A stretch of DNA of 64,000 nucleotides from Candidatus Sulfomarinibacteraceae bacterium. GTDB taxonomy: Bacteria > Acidobacteriota > Thermoanaerobaculia > Thermoanaerobaculales > Sulfomarinibacteraceae. Shown piece after piece: positions 1 to 9,943 of the stretch. A program made the translations under genes and the position numbers. Under the pieces are notes generated by a model. The model was given only the letters and a program-made list of their open reading frames with translations. It was not told where the DNA came from and did no database searches. The DNA is taken from contig CAVYKX010000029.1 in NCBI GenBank assembly GCA_963769215.1, positions 34,058 to 98,057 on the forward strand, in the 5' to 3' direction. Positions within the stretch are counted from its first letter, which is position 1, and every line of letters starts with the position of its first letter.

Positions 1-1246
1 GTTCCACGACACCGACGAGATGATCAAGGCGGCAATCGCCTTCTCCACCCAGGAGCCGCCGCGCGGCCGGCGCATCGGCATGATCACCAATACCGGCGGC
101 CCGGGCATCCAGGCGGTCGACGAGTCGGTCGACCGTGGGCTCGAGCTCGCGACCTGGTCGGAGCAGGGCCGAGCAAGGCTCGCCGAAAGCCTCTACGCCG
201 AGGCCAGCCTCGGCAATCCGGTCGATGTGGTGGCCACCGCCAACGCCGATCACTACCACGCGGCGGTCGAGACCCTCCTCGCCGAGGAAAACACCGACAT
301 GGTATTGGTGTTCTTCGTCACCGCGCCCTTCACCGATACCGAGGCCATCGCGCGACGCATCAAGGAAGCCACCGACGCCTCCGACAAGCCGGTTGTCGTG
401 GTAGTCGAAACCTACTCGGAGTTCTACGGCTTGATCGACAAGCTCAGGCAGTCGGATCTGCCGGTCTACGAGTTCGCCGAAGACGGCGCGCGGGCCCTGG
501 CCGCGATGACCCGCTACGCCGAGCTCAGAGATCGTGAGGTGGAAGATCCACCCGAACTCACGGTCGACCGCACCGCCGCCGAGCAGATCCTTTCCAGGCA
601 CGAGGGACGCGACGCCTATATCCCGCAGGACGACGCCTTCGCGGTTCTGTCGGCGTACGGGATCCCAGCGCCGAAGCTGCGTGCGGTGACCGGGTCGGAG
701 GAGCTCGCAGCAGCCTCCGCCGAGGTCGGCTTTCCGTGCGTGCTCAAGGTCGACTCGGTCGATGTGATCCACAAATCGGACGAGGGCGGGGTGGTGCTCG
801 GCATCGAGAACGGCGAAGCCCTGGAGGCGGCGTTTGCAGAGCTGACGGGTCGCTTTCCCGGCTCGGAGGCCAGCTTCCTCCTTCAGGAGCAGAAGCCGGC
901 CGGGCGCGAGATTATCATCGGCGCCACCGAGTCCCCCGGCCTCGGCCACCTCGTGATGTTCGGTCTCGGGGGGGTCTTTGTCGAGGTGATGCGGGACGTG
1001 GCTTTTGCACTCGCTCCCCTGAGCCGGCCCGAGGGGCGTACGCTGATACGCGAGATCAAAGGTTTCCCCATCCTCGAGGGCGTGCGCGGCGAACCCGGCG
1101 TCGATCTCGAGGCGATCGAGGATCTGTTGCTGCGGGTGTCGCGGATGGTCGCAGACCACCCGTCGATCACCGAACTCGACCTCAACCCGGTCCTGGCCAC
1201 ACCGGATGGCGCCTGCGCCGTCGACGTCCGTCTCAAGGTGCGCTGA
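1..1246 (+). CDS. ADP-forming acetyl-CoA synthetase / acetate--CoA ligase family protein, C-terminal part (5' end lies outside the window)
   Basis: Frame is open from the window edge. CoA-ligase-type domain (ITNTGGPGI) is followed by an ATP-grasp-like part (GFPCVLKVDS..HKSDEGGV..ELDLNPV). Confidence 0.8.
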   Translation, partial: FHDTDEMIKAAIAFSTQEPPRGRRIGMITNTGGPGIQAVDESVDRGLELATWSEQGRARLAESLYAEASLGNPVDVVATANADHYHAAVETLLAEENTDMVLVFFVTAPFTDTEAIARRIKEATDASDKPVVVVVETYSEFYGLIDKLRQSDLPVYEFAEDGARALAAMTRYAELRDREVEDPPELTVDRTAAEQILSRHEGRDAYIPQDDAFAVLSAYGIPAPKLRAVTGSEELAAASAEVGFPCVLKVDSVDVIHKSDEGGVVLGIENGEALEAAFAELTGRFPGSEASFLLQEQKPAGREIIIGATESPGLGHLVMFGLGGVFVEVMRDVAFALAPLSRPEGRTLIREIKGFPILEGVRGEPGVDLEAIEDLLLRVSRMVADHPSITELDLNPVLATPDGACAVDVRLKVR

Positions 1247-1254
1247 ACCAGTAG

Positions 1255-2658
1255 ATGATGAGCTGGATCCCGTTCGCCATCGTCGCCGTGTACGTGGTGG
1301 TGCTGTTTGCGGTAACCGGTTGGGCGCGACGGCTCACGACCAGGGGCGGCGGCGGAATCGTCGGCTATCTGCTCGCGGGACGGGGATTGCCGTACTGGGT
1401 TGCTGCGGCGTTGCTCGCCGGGCTCGCCGTGGGCGGGGTGTCGACCATCGGCACCGCCGAGTGGGCCTACACACGCGGCATCTCGGCCGGATGGTACAAC
1501 GCCGCCTGGGCGGCCGGCGCCTTCATTCTAGCCCTCGGCGCGGCACGGCGCTACCGCCGTTTCGAGATCACGACCCTGCCCGAGCTCTTCGAGCGGTACT
1601 ACGGCACCACCGCCCGGGTTCTCGGCGTGATCGGCCAACTCGTGATCCAGATCGTGATCACCTCCCTCCAGTACGTCGCCGGAGGGGCAATCCTGCGGGC
1701 GCTCCTGCCAGGGGTCTTCAGCCTGCAATCGGGAATGCTGGTCACCGCCCTGGTCTTCGTGGGCATCACGCTGATCGGCGGATTCTGGGCCGCCGGGCTG
1801 ACCAACGTGATCAACGTCGTCGTGATCTACGTCGGTATCTCCCTTGCCGCGGTCATGTGCGTGACAAGGGTCGGCGGCCTCAGTGGGCTCGAGGCGGGCC
1901 TGCCCGAAGCTCATCCCGGCTTCGACCTTTTCGCGATGGGCCCGGCGCTGATCGCCGCCTGGTTCCTCGTCATGATCACGACGACCCACTCGACCCAGGC
2001 AGTCATCCAGGTCGGTTTCGCGGCAAAGGACGAGGACCACGCCGCTCGCGCCTATCTGCTCGGCGGGCTCCTGATTCTGCCGGTCGGCTTCATCAGCGCG
2101 ATCGTCGGCATGGCGGCGGCGGTGAGCCACCCGGGAATCGTGGCGGCTGAGGCACTGCCGAGGATGGTGATGGACCTGCCCCCGCTCGCGGCGGGCATCA
2201 TCCTCGCCGGGCTGTGGGCTGCGGACGTCAGCACCGCGTCAGCCCTTCTCCTGGGCAGCGCCGCTCTGGTTTCGAACGACATCATCAAGCGCTTCTTCGC
2301 GCCCGATTTGAACGCCGCCCGGGATCAGGCAGTGTGCCGGGTCACGGTGGCGGTTCTCAGCGTCATCACCTTCGGACTCGCGCTCGCAGTCGAGGGCATT
2401 CTCAAGGCCCTGTTGGTGGGCCTCACCCTGACCACCGCCTACACCCTGGTGGTCTTGATGACCATGTTCTGTCCACGCCTGTGCCGTCGATCGTCCGCAA
2501 CCTGGACCCTATCGACGACAATGCTCGCCCTGGCCCTTTGGCTCATCGCACCCTCCGAGTGGCGGGTCCTGCCCCACCCGATCTACCTCGCGTGGTTGGT
2601 GAGCATCACGACCTTCCTCCTGGTCGCCGTCTTCGACCCGAGGAAAATCGAGGCCTGA
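1255..2658 (+). CDS. sodium:solute symporter (SSF) family transporter
   Basis: 467 aa, highly hydrophobic multi-pass protein. N-terminus (GYLLAGRGLPYW..GGVSTIGTAEWAY) is typical of SSF transporters. It starts 9 nt after the upstream CoA-ligase gene. Confidence 0.85.
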   Translation: MMSWIPFAIVAVYVVVLFAVTGWARRLTTRGGGGIVGYLLAGRGLPYWVAAALLAGLAVGGVSTIGTAEWAYTRGISAGWYNAAWAAGAFILALGAARRYRRFEITTLPELFERYYGTTARVLGVIGQLVIQIVITSLQYVAGGAILRALLPGVFSLQSGMLVTALVFVGITLIGGFWAAGLTNVINVVVIYVGISLAAVMCVTRVGGLSGLEAGLPEAHPGFDLFAMGPALIAAWFLVMITTTHSTQAVIQVGFAAKDEDHAARAYLLGGLLILPVGFISAIVGMAAAVSHPGIVAAEALPRMVMDLPPLAAGIILAGLWAADVSTASALLLGSAALVSNDIIKRFFAPDLNAARDQAVCRVTVAVLSVITFGLALAVEGILKALLVGLTLTTAYTLVVLMTMFCPRLCRRSSATWTLSTTMLALALWLIAPSEWRVLPHPIYLAWLVSITTFLLVAVFDPRKIEA

Positions 2659-2680
2659 ACCCAATTCTGTTCCTCAAATT

Positions 2681-2697
2681 GTGCGGGCATCCCGCAC
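2681..2697. terminator. GC hairpin between convergent genes (possible bidirectional terminator)
   Basis: GTGCGGG-cat-CCCGCAC, a 7 bp stem with A/T-rich flank (caaatt) on one side, between the symporter stop and the crotonase stop. Confidence 0.35.
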
Positions 2698-2736
2698 GCA
2701 CATGGCTGACCCGCAATTCTCACCCGGTGAGAATTG

Positions 2737-3480
2737 CTACCGGTGCTTCCACTCGGGGGGGCGGCGCTCTTCGAAGCTCTTGATTCCTTCCTCAACATCT
2801 TCCAGTCGGTAAAGTTCAGACATGAAGAGATCATTGAAGGATTCGAGAGGCCCGGCGTTGTCCTCGCGCACTCCCCGTGCCATGGCCGACTTGGTGAGCC
2901 TGAGAACCGGTGCGCTGAGTCCGTTGAACAGATCATCCAACTCCACCCACTCGTCCACGGGCAGAATCTTCTGCACCAGACCCATCGCCATTGCCCGTTC
3001 GGCAGGTAGATTTTCACCTGACATGATCGAAAATGCGGCGTTTTGATACCCCGTCAACCGGGGAAGCCGATGGACCGCCACGGGCGGGAAGAAGGCGAGC
3101 TTGATCTCAGGCTGGCCGAATACGGCATCCGGTGCCGCCACCACGAAGTCGCAGAACGAGATCAGCTCCATCGCCCCACCCAGACACGCACCGTGAACTG
3201 CGGCGATCACCGGCGCGGGGAAGGCGGGAAGGGCGAGGCATGCCTCAGAGAGAGCGGACAGCATCCCCTCGGCCTGGTCAGGCTTGTGCTCGGCCACCGA
3301 AGCACCGGCCGAGAAGCACTTGGCGTTTCCAGAAAGAACGACAGCCGCCACTGTCTCATCGGGCGCTAACGCTGCCAGACAATCGACCAGTTCGCCGAGA
3401 TTCGCCGCGTCGAGAACATTGACCGGCGGAGAATCGATCGTCAGGTGGACCACCCGCTCGTTTCGACTTTCTACGATCAC
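2737..3480 (-). CDS. enoyl-CoA hydratase/isomerase (crotonase) family protein
   Basis: 247 aa. Crotonase pattern: VVLSGNAKCFSAGASV, PVIAAVHGACLGGAMELISFCDF, and C-terminal KEGIKSFxEKR-like EEGIKSFEERRPP. Confidence 0.85.
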   Translation of the reverse strand: MIVESRNERVVHLTIDSPPVNVLDAANLGELVDCLAALAPDETVAAVVLSGNAKCFSAGASVAEHKPDQAEGMLSALSEACLALPAFPAPVIAAVHGACLGGAMELISFCDFVVAAPDAVFGQPEIKLAFFPPVAVHRLPRLTGYQNAAFSIMSGENLPAERAMAMGLVQKILPVDEWVELDDLFNGLSAPVLRLTKSAMARGVREDNAGPLESFNDLFMSELYRLEDVEEGIKSFEERRPPEWKHR

Positions 3481-3529
3481 CGCTGCCTCCCGTCTATTTC
3501 GTAACCACCGATGGCTTCGCCCCTCGGCC

Positions 3530-4519
3530 TCATGAATCGATCAGGTACTCGGGTATATCGTCGTCGTCGCGCGTTCCGTTTCTGATCTCCTGGGTCACGA
3601 TCGCGCTGGTGAAATAGGTATTGTGACCCACATCGACGCCCTGAAACATGTGGCCGATCTTGACGATCTTGCCGTTGATGAAATCGATCTCGGTTGGTCG
3701 TTTGTTTTTGAGGTCAAACCACATCGAGGGGTAGTGGTCGCCTCCCGCTTCGAGATATTCGATACATCTGTCGAGGGTGTCCTCACCGTAGTTGTAGCCA
3801 ACCAGGGCGGCCACCCTGAGGCCCTCTCGAAGCAGGACACGCGCCATTCGCCGCGTGTGCCTGAGGTGCATCGCGCGCGCCATCGTCAGGCCATGGGCCG
3901 CACACAGGGCATTGAGGGCGGAGTTGAGAATGGTTTTGAAGAACGCCGCCTTTTTCATCTCGTAGTGGGTCACGCCGAGAGTTGTGAGCCCGGTCTGGGA
4001 CAGGATCCCCGAGATTTCGCTCATACGTTCCGGCGGACGCTCGGTGGCTGGGCCGAGCAGGTTTGGAGGATGGAACCAGTTCATCGTGATCCATCCATCG
4101 GGACTGAGATTGCCGGCGAAGTTGATCACGCCCCGGCACACCCGTTCTTTGGAAATGAACTCGCCGACGAGATCCTCGGGCCCGATGCCGTTCATGGCCG
4201 CCACGACCCTGGTGCCCTCCGACCAATCGAGCTCGCAGAAATCTCTCATGACTCCAGACAAGGCCCAGGTCTTGGTGCAGAGAAAAACTACCGACAGGTC
4301 AGTGATCTCGGACAGCCCGGCCAGCGTCGTGAAGCATCGCTCGGGTTTCTCCTCGAGTTCGGCGAAACCACGGATGCGCAAGCCGTCCGCATTGACTTGT
4401 TCGGCTCGGGCCTCGTCCAGCTCGACCCCGTACACCTTCAATCCGCTGCGTGCGAAGTACGCTCCGAGAATCGAACCCACGGGACCAAGGCCGATGATTC
4501 CAACCTTGTGTTGCTTCAA
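3530..4519 (-). CDS. 2-dehydropantoate 2-reductase (ketopantoate reductase, PanE/ApbA) family oxidoreductase
   Basis: 329 aa with N-terminal Rossmann motif VGIIGLGPVGSILG and ApbA-like length and architecture. Confidence 0.7.
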   Translation of the reverse strand: MKQHKVGIIGLGPVGSILGAYFARSGLKVYGVELDEARAEQVNADGLRIRGFAELEEKPERCFTTLAGLSEITDLSVVFLCTKTWALSGVMRDFCELDWSEGTRVVAAMNGIGPEDLVGEFISKERVCRGVINFAGNLSPDGWITMNWFHPPNLLGPATERPPERMSEISGILSQTGLTTLGVTHYEMKKAAFFKTILNSALNALCAAHGLTMARAMHLRHTRRMARVLLREGLRVAALVGYNYGEDTLDRCIEYLEAGGDHYPSMWFDLKNKRPTEIDFINGKIVKIGHMFQGVDVGHNTYFTSAIVTQEIRNGTRDDDDIPEYLIDS

Positions 4520-4745
4520 GGCCCCCCCTTCCTTCGAGCCCTGACCTCTCTCAAATCCTCCGACAACAAACCTGCATGCTGACGTCGGTCAGTTTCTTCT
4601 CACGGAGTGCGTGCAACCTTCACTGAACGATCCATACTTATGACACGCAGAATTCTACCACCAGCGCTCCAGGAATCTGCGCCAGAATCTCAACTTCTTT
4701 ACTCGACAACAGAAGCCGAATCTCGATACGCCGCGGCAATTCGTC

Positions 4746-5267
4746 TCAATCTCTTTGATCGCCTCGTCGATTTCGGAATCGCTGCGCGACTAATCGAGAG
4801 ACGATTCGTCCGCAGGATCTTCCCGCCAGCGATCCCAGAACGCCCGACGCTCTTCGCCGCGCGGGCCCGGGCGCGATCAGATCGTGAACTTCGTCGAAGG
4901 TGGCCGCCCACGGACCGGGCGGCGGATCGTCGCCAACCACGAGCACGGTCGCCCGGTTGGGGTTGGCCGGCTCACCCACGAGAACCACTGGATCATCCAC
5001 CTCGCCCAGTTGCGGACTCCACAGCACGTGGGGCAGGAACGCCAGCTTCTGGTAGGTCCAAAGATAGTCGTCGAAGATCTGTCTCCGGCCCTCGTCGGCA
5101 ACCCACACGACGACTCGCGCGCGCGCTCGATGCAGGCGCTCCAGCAACACCGCCAGCTCGCCGGCGCGTTTTTCGGAACGCAAGGTGTGAAGCTCGAGAC
5201 GGGCCACGAAAAGGGATTCTACTAAAACGGCCACAACATTGCCTCGTTTGGTGCACCCCGATGCCAT
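4746..5267 (-). CDS. holC: DNA polymerase III chi subunit; 3' end possibly frameshifted
   Basis: Chi-like core (VVVWVADEGRRQIFDDYLWTYQKLAFLPHVLW). The last ~35 codons are Arg-rich junk-like. An alternative frame gives EERRAFWDRWREDPADESSLD with a stop at 4790-4792. Confidence 0.6.
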   Translation of the reverse strand: MASGCTKRGNVVAVLVESLFVARLELHTLRSEKRAGELAVLLERLHRARARVVVWVADEGRRQIFDDYLWTYQKLAFLPHVLWSPQLGEVDDPVVLVGEPANPNRATVLVVGDDPPPGPWAATFDEVHDLIAPGPARRRASGVLGSLAGRSCGRIVSRLVAQRFRNRRGDQRD

Positions 5268-5289
5268 TCGACGATGCTATGTTTTGAAC

Positions 5290-6602
5290 ATGAGCAATTC
5301 CTTCTGATGAACACTTCGCCTACGTAGTCCGCGGCGGCAGGCCAATCCAGGGCACGCTCGTCCCGGGCGGCAACAAGAATGCGGCCCTGCCGATGCTTGC
5401 CGCCACCCTCCTGGCCGAGGGTCCGGTCGAACTCTCCAATGTCCCGCAGATCCGGGATGTGGCGATGATGATCGAACTCCTTGCCGAACTCGGCGCGACG
5501 GTCGAAGAGACGGCGCCCTCGGCCTGGACGATCGACGCTTCGGCGGCGACCCCGAAACCGGTGCCCGCCCACCTGGCCTGCGAAATCCGGGCTTCATTTC
5601 TGCTCGCAGGGCCGTTGGTGGCGCGACACGGCCGAGCAGAACTTCCACGACCCGGGGGGGACCGCATCGGACGCCGTCCGCTCGACTCCCACATCCACGC
5701 CCTCCAGGCCCTCGGGGCTGAGGTCGAGGTGGGCCCGGAACAATATCTTCTGACCGCCCCCCACGGACTCAAAGGCGCCGACATCTTTCTCCATGAAATG
5801 AGCGTGATGGCGACCGAAAACACCGTCATGGCAGCCTCGCTCGCCACCGGCACGACCATCATTCGCAACGCCGCCTCGGAGCCCCATGTACAGGAACTCT
5901 GCCGGCTCATCAACGCCATGGGCGGCTCGGTCAATGGGGTCGGCACCAACACCCTCGAGGTCACTGGTAGCCCGAAGCTCGGCGGACGCGTCCGTGAAAA
6001 TCGGACCCGACCCGGTCGAGGTCGGGAGCTTCATCGGTCTCGCCGCGGTGACCGGCGGTGAACTGCGAATCGTCGACGCCGAACCCGAAAAGCACCACAG
6101 GATGACGGAACTCGCCTTTGGCAGACTCGGTATCTCATGGCGGGTCGAGGGGAACGACATCGTTGTTCCTGCCAACCAGCAGCTGAATATTCAGGACGAC
6201 TTTCACGGCGCCATTCCAAAAATCGATGACGGGCCATGGCCCGCCTTCCCGGCCGATCTGACGTCGATCTCGGTGGTCCTCGCAACCCAATCCCGGGGAA
6301 CGATTCTCATCCACGAGAAAATGTTCGAAAGCCGCCTCTTCTGGGTCGATCGCCTGATCGCAATGGGCGCGCGCATCGTGCTGTGCGATCCCCACCGGGC
6401 CGTTGTTGTCGGCCCGTCGCAGCTGCACGGCCAGAATCTGGCCAGCCCCGATATCCGCGCCGGTATGGCGCTGGTCATCGCCGCTCTCGTCGCCGACGGG
6501 CAAAGCGTCATTCACAATATCCGCCAGGTCGAGCGAGGCTACCAGAATCTCCACCGGCGGCTCCGCGATCTCGGCGCCGACGTGGAGCGTGTCGAAGAGT
6601 AG
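5290..6602 (+). pseudogene. murA: UDP-N-acetylglucosamine 1-carboxyvinyltransferase, reading frame broken twice in this sequence
   Basis: MurA signature [51 protein letters not shown] 5290 (MSNSF) is out of frame with the body, with a shift near 5302-5306. A second shift near 5985 lies between ..SPKLGG and [11 protein letters not shown]. Confidence 0.85.
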
Positions 6603-6639
6603 TCACCCACTTCCGCCGGCGGTCAACCGGGGACAGGGG

Positions 6640-7779
6640 CTATGCCTCCGCGATCGCGGTCAGGAAGTTGTCCCCGAGGACCTGCAGCCTCCAGCCCGTG
6701 AGACCTGCTTCGGCAAGATCATCGAGAGACGAGCACGGGGGTATGCTCGCAGCCACACTCTCTGCACAGCCCTTGGGGCAGAGTAATCCTGCCTGCAGGC
6801 CGAGAGCTTCGGCCTTTGCGTCACGGGCGGCCAGAACAGACTTGAGCCTGCGCCGCACCGCAGCTTCGGGTGCCGGAGTACGCTCCGGCCGAACCCGCTC
6901 GGGGGCTGATTTCGGCTTCTGGAGCAGACGAAGCAGATCTCGTCCCCAGCGCCGAACCGCGTGCGCGCCGACTCCATCGACCTTTCCGAGTGCATCGAGA
7001 TCTTCCGGCGGCTTCTGAGACATCGCGATGAGTGCCTGGTTGCCGAGAATTTTGAATGGGGGCACATCCTGAGAGCGCGCACGGCCCTCTCTCCACCCGT
7101 GAAGGGTAAATATCCGGTCGCGCTCTAATCCTCGGAGAGCCCGGGCGCCCTTGATGCGTTCAAAGGCCGCCGGATCAGGTTCTGACGAATTGTGGCGCAC
7201 AAGCTCCAGTTTCCCGAACTCCTCTTCAGCCCAAGAGAAACGACCCAGATCCTGGAGCCGTGCGCGGAGACGGACGGCGAGCGCCTCGAGGTAGGCGGTG
7301 TCGGCGGCGGCGTAGTCGATCTGCGCGGCTTTGAGCGGCCGTCTTCCCCAATCCGCCCTCTGGTAGCGCTTGTCAAGATGGACGTCCAACTCCTTTTCGA
7401 GGAGCGCCGCGAGACCCGTCTTTTCCTCTCCCAGAATCTGGGCCATGATCTGAGTGTCCACGAGTCCCCGCACCCTGGCCGCGTAGTCCCGGTCGAGCAC
7501 CCGGATGTCGTAATCCGCACCGTGCATGAAAACGGGAATCTCCGCATCGCCGACGACCGTCCATAACGGGTCGAGATCTGACGGGTCGAGAGCGAGCGGG
7601 TCGATGATCATGTGATGGTTGTCGGCCGTCAACTGAATCAGACAGACCTTGTGGAAGTAAGAATGCATCGAGTCGGCCTCGGTATCGAGAGCGAATCGGC
7701 CGGCGCGAGCACAGCGCTGCGCAGCGTCACGGACCCCTTCCGGTGTGTCGATCCAATGGGGACGAAGATCTTCGGACAT
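6640..7779 (-). CDS. rnd: ribonuclease D (3'-5' exonuclease + HRDC domain)
   Basis: 379 aa. DEDDy exonuclease motifs (ALDTEADSMHSY, MHGADYDIRVL, YAAADTAYL) with an HRDC-like C-terminal half. Confidence 0.85.
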   Translation of the reverse strand: MSEDLRPHWIDTPEGVRDAAQRCARAGRFALDTEADSMHSYFHKVCLIQLTADNHHMIIDPLALDPSDLDPLWTVVGDAEIPVFMHGADYDIRVLDRDYAARVRGLVDTQIMAQILGEEKTGLAALLEKELDVHLDKRYQRADWGRRPLKAAQIDYAAADTAYLEALAVRLRARLQDLGRFSWAEEEFGKLELVRHNSSEPDPAAFERIKGARALRGLERDRIFTLHGWREGRARSQDVPPFKILGNQALIAMSQKPPEDLDALGKVDGVGAHAVRRWGRDLLRLLQKPKSAPERVRPERTPAPEAAVRRRLKSVLAARDAKAEALGLQAGLLCPKGCAESVAASIPPCSSLDDLAEAGLTGWRLQVLGDNFLTAIAEA

Positions 7780-7806
7780 GGGTGGGGATGGTAGCAGAGT
7801 GCCGTT

Positions 7807-7866
7807 CCACCCTCCCGCCCATTTCGGAATTCTGAATTAGGAATTAGGAATGCCACCCGCCCACCC
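7807..7866. repeat. box + heptamer microsatellite module (C-box / AT-rich heptamers / C-box)
   Basis: CCACCCTCCCGCCC - atttcggaattctgaattaggaattaggaatg - CCACCCGCCCACCC. Confidence 0.85.
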
Positions 7867-7916
7867 GATACCCGATGGGTGGATTTCTCATCCTCGCTTC
7901 AACCAACGAGCCGTTG

Positions 7917-7990
7917 GCGGGCCCTGAAGGACCCGCCTACAAGAGGAGCGCGCTAGATTAACGTGTAGGCGCGTCCTTGAGGGCGTTCCA
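7917..7990. repeat. pair of inverted ~27 nt REP-like motifs
   Basis: ggcgggccctgaaggacccgcctacaag and, in inverse orientation, gtgtaggcgcgtccttgagggcgttcca. The first motif can itself form a 9 bp hairpin with one mismatch. Confidence 0.6.
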
Positions 7991-8047
7991 ACGTCAAGCA
8001 TGGCAGTCAACGACAACAACCGTTGAGTCGGTCTTTTTTGATTGAAC

Positions 8048-8096
8048 GGGTGGTGGGTTGGGAATTCCTAATTCCTCATTCCTACTTCCTCATTCG
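8048..8096. repeat. box + heptamer microsatellite module (G-box then AATTCCT-type heptamers), inverted relative to 7807-7866
   Basis: GGGTGGTGGGTTGGG followed by aattcctaattcctcattcctacttcctcattcg. Confidence 0.85.
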
Positions 8097-8115
8097 TTAT
8101 TGCTATTCTCTGCGT

Positions 8116-8974
8116 ATGGGCAAAGCAGAGTGGGGCGTCGATCCGGAGTTTTTCGGTCCGCGGCACGCACACCGTGAGGGTCGCATCACGGAGCGTTTGG
8201 AGCGTGTTGTTCCCGAGCCCGGTCTCCACCTCGAGTGTGCGGCAGGAGTCGGATCCCTGTCTCTCACGCTGGCGAAAAAAGGGACACACCGTTATCTCGG
8301 CTGATCGCTCGCTGCGCTCCCTCAGGGTGCTCGCCGCACGAGCCGCGTCGGCCGAGACGGCCGAAAGGGTCCTCCCGGTGGTTGCCGACATCACCGCTCT
8401 GCCGTTTTCCGACGGAGTTTTCTCGAGCGCCACCAGCGCGGAAACCCTGGAACATATCCCCGGCCACGAAGTTGCGGTCGCCCAGCTGGCTCGCGTGCTC
8501 GAGGAAGGAGGCTGGCTGATCGGCACGGTCCCGGCCGGACCACAACAATGGTCGGACTGGGACGCCTGGGCGGGTCACCTGAGGCGTTACTCACATGAAT
8601 CGATGGCTGTCCTTCTCGAGGGCGCCGGTCTCGACGCCGAGGTCGTTGTCTGGGGTTGGCCGATGCTGCGGCTGTACGACGACCTCTTTCTCAAGCGGAT
8701 CAACCGCCGCCGTTTGACTCAGCGAGGCTCTGTGGAGGATGACGCGACCTTGAACCGGATATCCAGTCTCGGCCGGCGCCGCCATCTCGTGGCCATCGTT
8801 CGATCCGTTTTCGGCTTCGACCGTCTCTTCGACGGTTCTCCATGGGGGGTTGGTTTGCTGTTTTCCGCTCAGAAAAAGGGCTCATCCGCGCGCGGGGAAG
8901 CCGCATTCGAGCGGCGCAACGGAGTTGATCGCGCTCTTCTGCAGAAGCGCTTCCCGCAAAGGAGCCACCTTTAG
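8116..8974 (+). pseudogene. class I SAM-dependent methyltransferase, frameshifted at an A-run
   Basis: N-terminal part (..LECAAGVGSLSLTLAKKG, SAM-binding GxGxG) is in frame 1 and the continuation (HTVISADRS..LPFSDGVFSS..LEHIP) is in frame 2. The switch is at A6 run 8275-8280. The 3' end of the ORF runs into a repeat element. Confidence 0.75.
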
Positions 8975-9046
8975 CATTGACCGACCAAAGGGTCAGGATT
9001 TTTTTTGCGGTAAGGCCCGGACAATGCAAAAGATGGCACCTCCGTC
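8927..9046 (-). repeat. inverted-repeat (MITE/REP-like) module, subfamily V1, reverse orientation
   Basis: Contains ggagccacctttagcattgaccg ... cggacaatgcaaaagatggcacctccg. Same arms as copies at 46841-46972 and 52423-52552. Confidence 0.8.
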
Positions 9047-9086
9047 GGGCGAGGGTCCGCGCCGAGATCCTTCAGATTCATGACAC

Positions 9087-9172
9087 GGGTGTGCGGGTGG
9101 GAATTCAAAAATAAGAACACAAAACTCAAAACTGATGCGGTGGGCGGGTGGCAATTCGGAATTCCGAATGGG
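9087..9172. repeat. double box + microsatellite module
   Basis: GGGTGTGCGGGTGGG - aattcaaaaataagaacacaaaactcaaaactgat - GCGGTGGGCGGGTGG - caattcggaattccgaatggg. Confidence 0.85.
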
Positions 9173-9189
9173 CCAAAAAGACACGCCGC

Positions 9190-9915
9190 CTAACGTCGAC
9201 TCCTCAGCTCGTCACGCATCTCGGATGGAAGGTACTTCGAACCCTCACGGAAGGTCAGTCCTGACACCTCATTGAGATGCAGGTTGAGGAAATCGTACGC
9301 CAACTGCGGACGTTTCTTGCTCACGTCGCGCAACACCCAACCTATCGCCTTGCGGATGAAAAACTCTTTCTCCGAAACCATCGTCGATGCAAACGATGCG
9401 AAGAGTTCGAAATCACCGCCTCCGGCACGCAGGGCGGGTAAAAGAGAGAGCATCGAGGCACGGCGGATCCAGAAATCACCGTCGATCGACCAGCGACGCA
9501 GGATCGGCTCCGCAACATCCGGTTCGCGCTCTATCAGCGGTGCCGCGATCTTGGTGCACAACCAGTCCACCAGCGCCCAGGTGTGGCTGCGGCGAAGCAG
9601 ATTCTCGACCAGATCCAGATCGATGACCTCGAGCTGCTTCACACGCCGTTCCAACAAGGCCACCGCCACCGCTTTCATCTCGAAGATGGGCGTCGACCAC
9701 AGCGCATGTACGAGCTGGATCAACTCGTCCCGGTCCATCGAAGGGTGTTTTTCGAGGAATGTTCGCGCCACAGCGCGCAGTGGTTTGGCCCCCACACCAT
9801 AAAACTCGAGGTCGCTTTTCAGATATGCTTTCGCGCCAGTTGCGCGCTCATCGTCATGCACAGCCCACAGCGCCGTCCTGAGTTCCTCTGCATGGCGAAG
9901 AGCATCGGTCTCCAC
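9190..9915 (-). CDS. DNA alkylation repair protein (AlkD-like HEAT-repeat family)
   Basis: 241 aa, all-helical, with hallmark stretches YLKSDLEFYGVGAKPLR, WALVDWL, FFIRKAIGWVLRD. Confidence 0.75.
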   Translation of the reverse strand: METDALRHAEELRTALWAVHDDERATGAKAYLKSDLEFYGVGAKPLRAVARTFLEKHPSMDRDELIQLVHALWSTPIFEMKAVAVALLERRVKQLEVIDLDLVENLLRRSHTWALVDWLCTKIAAPLIEREPDVAEPILRRWSIDGDFWIRRASMLSLLPALRAGGGDFELFASFASTMVSEKEFFIRKAIGWVLRDVSKKRPQLAYDFLNLHLNEVSGLTFREGSKYLPSEMRDELRSRR

Positions 9916-9943
9916 TTTCGCTCCGCCCGGTCGAAAACTCAGA

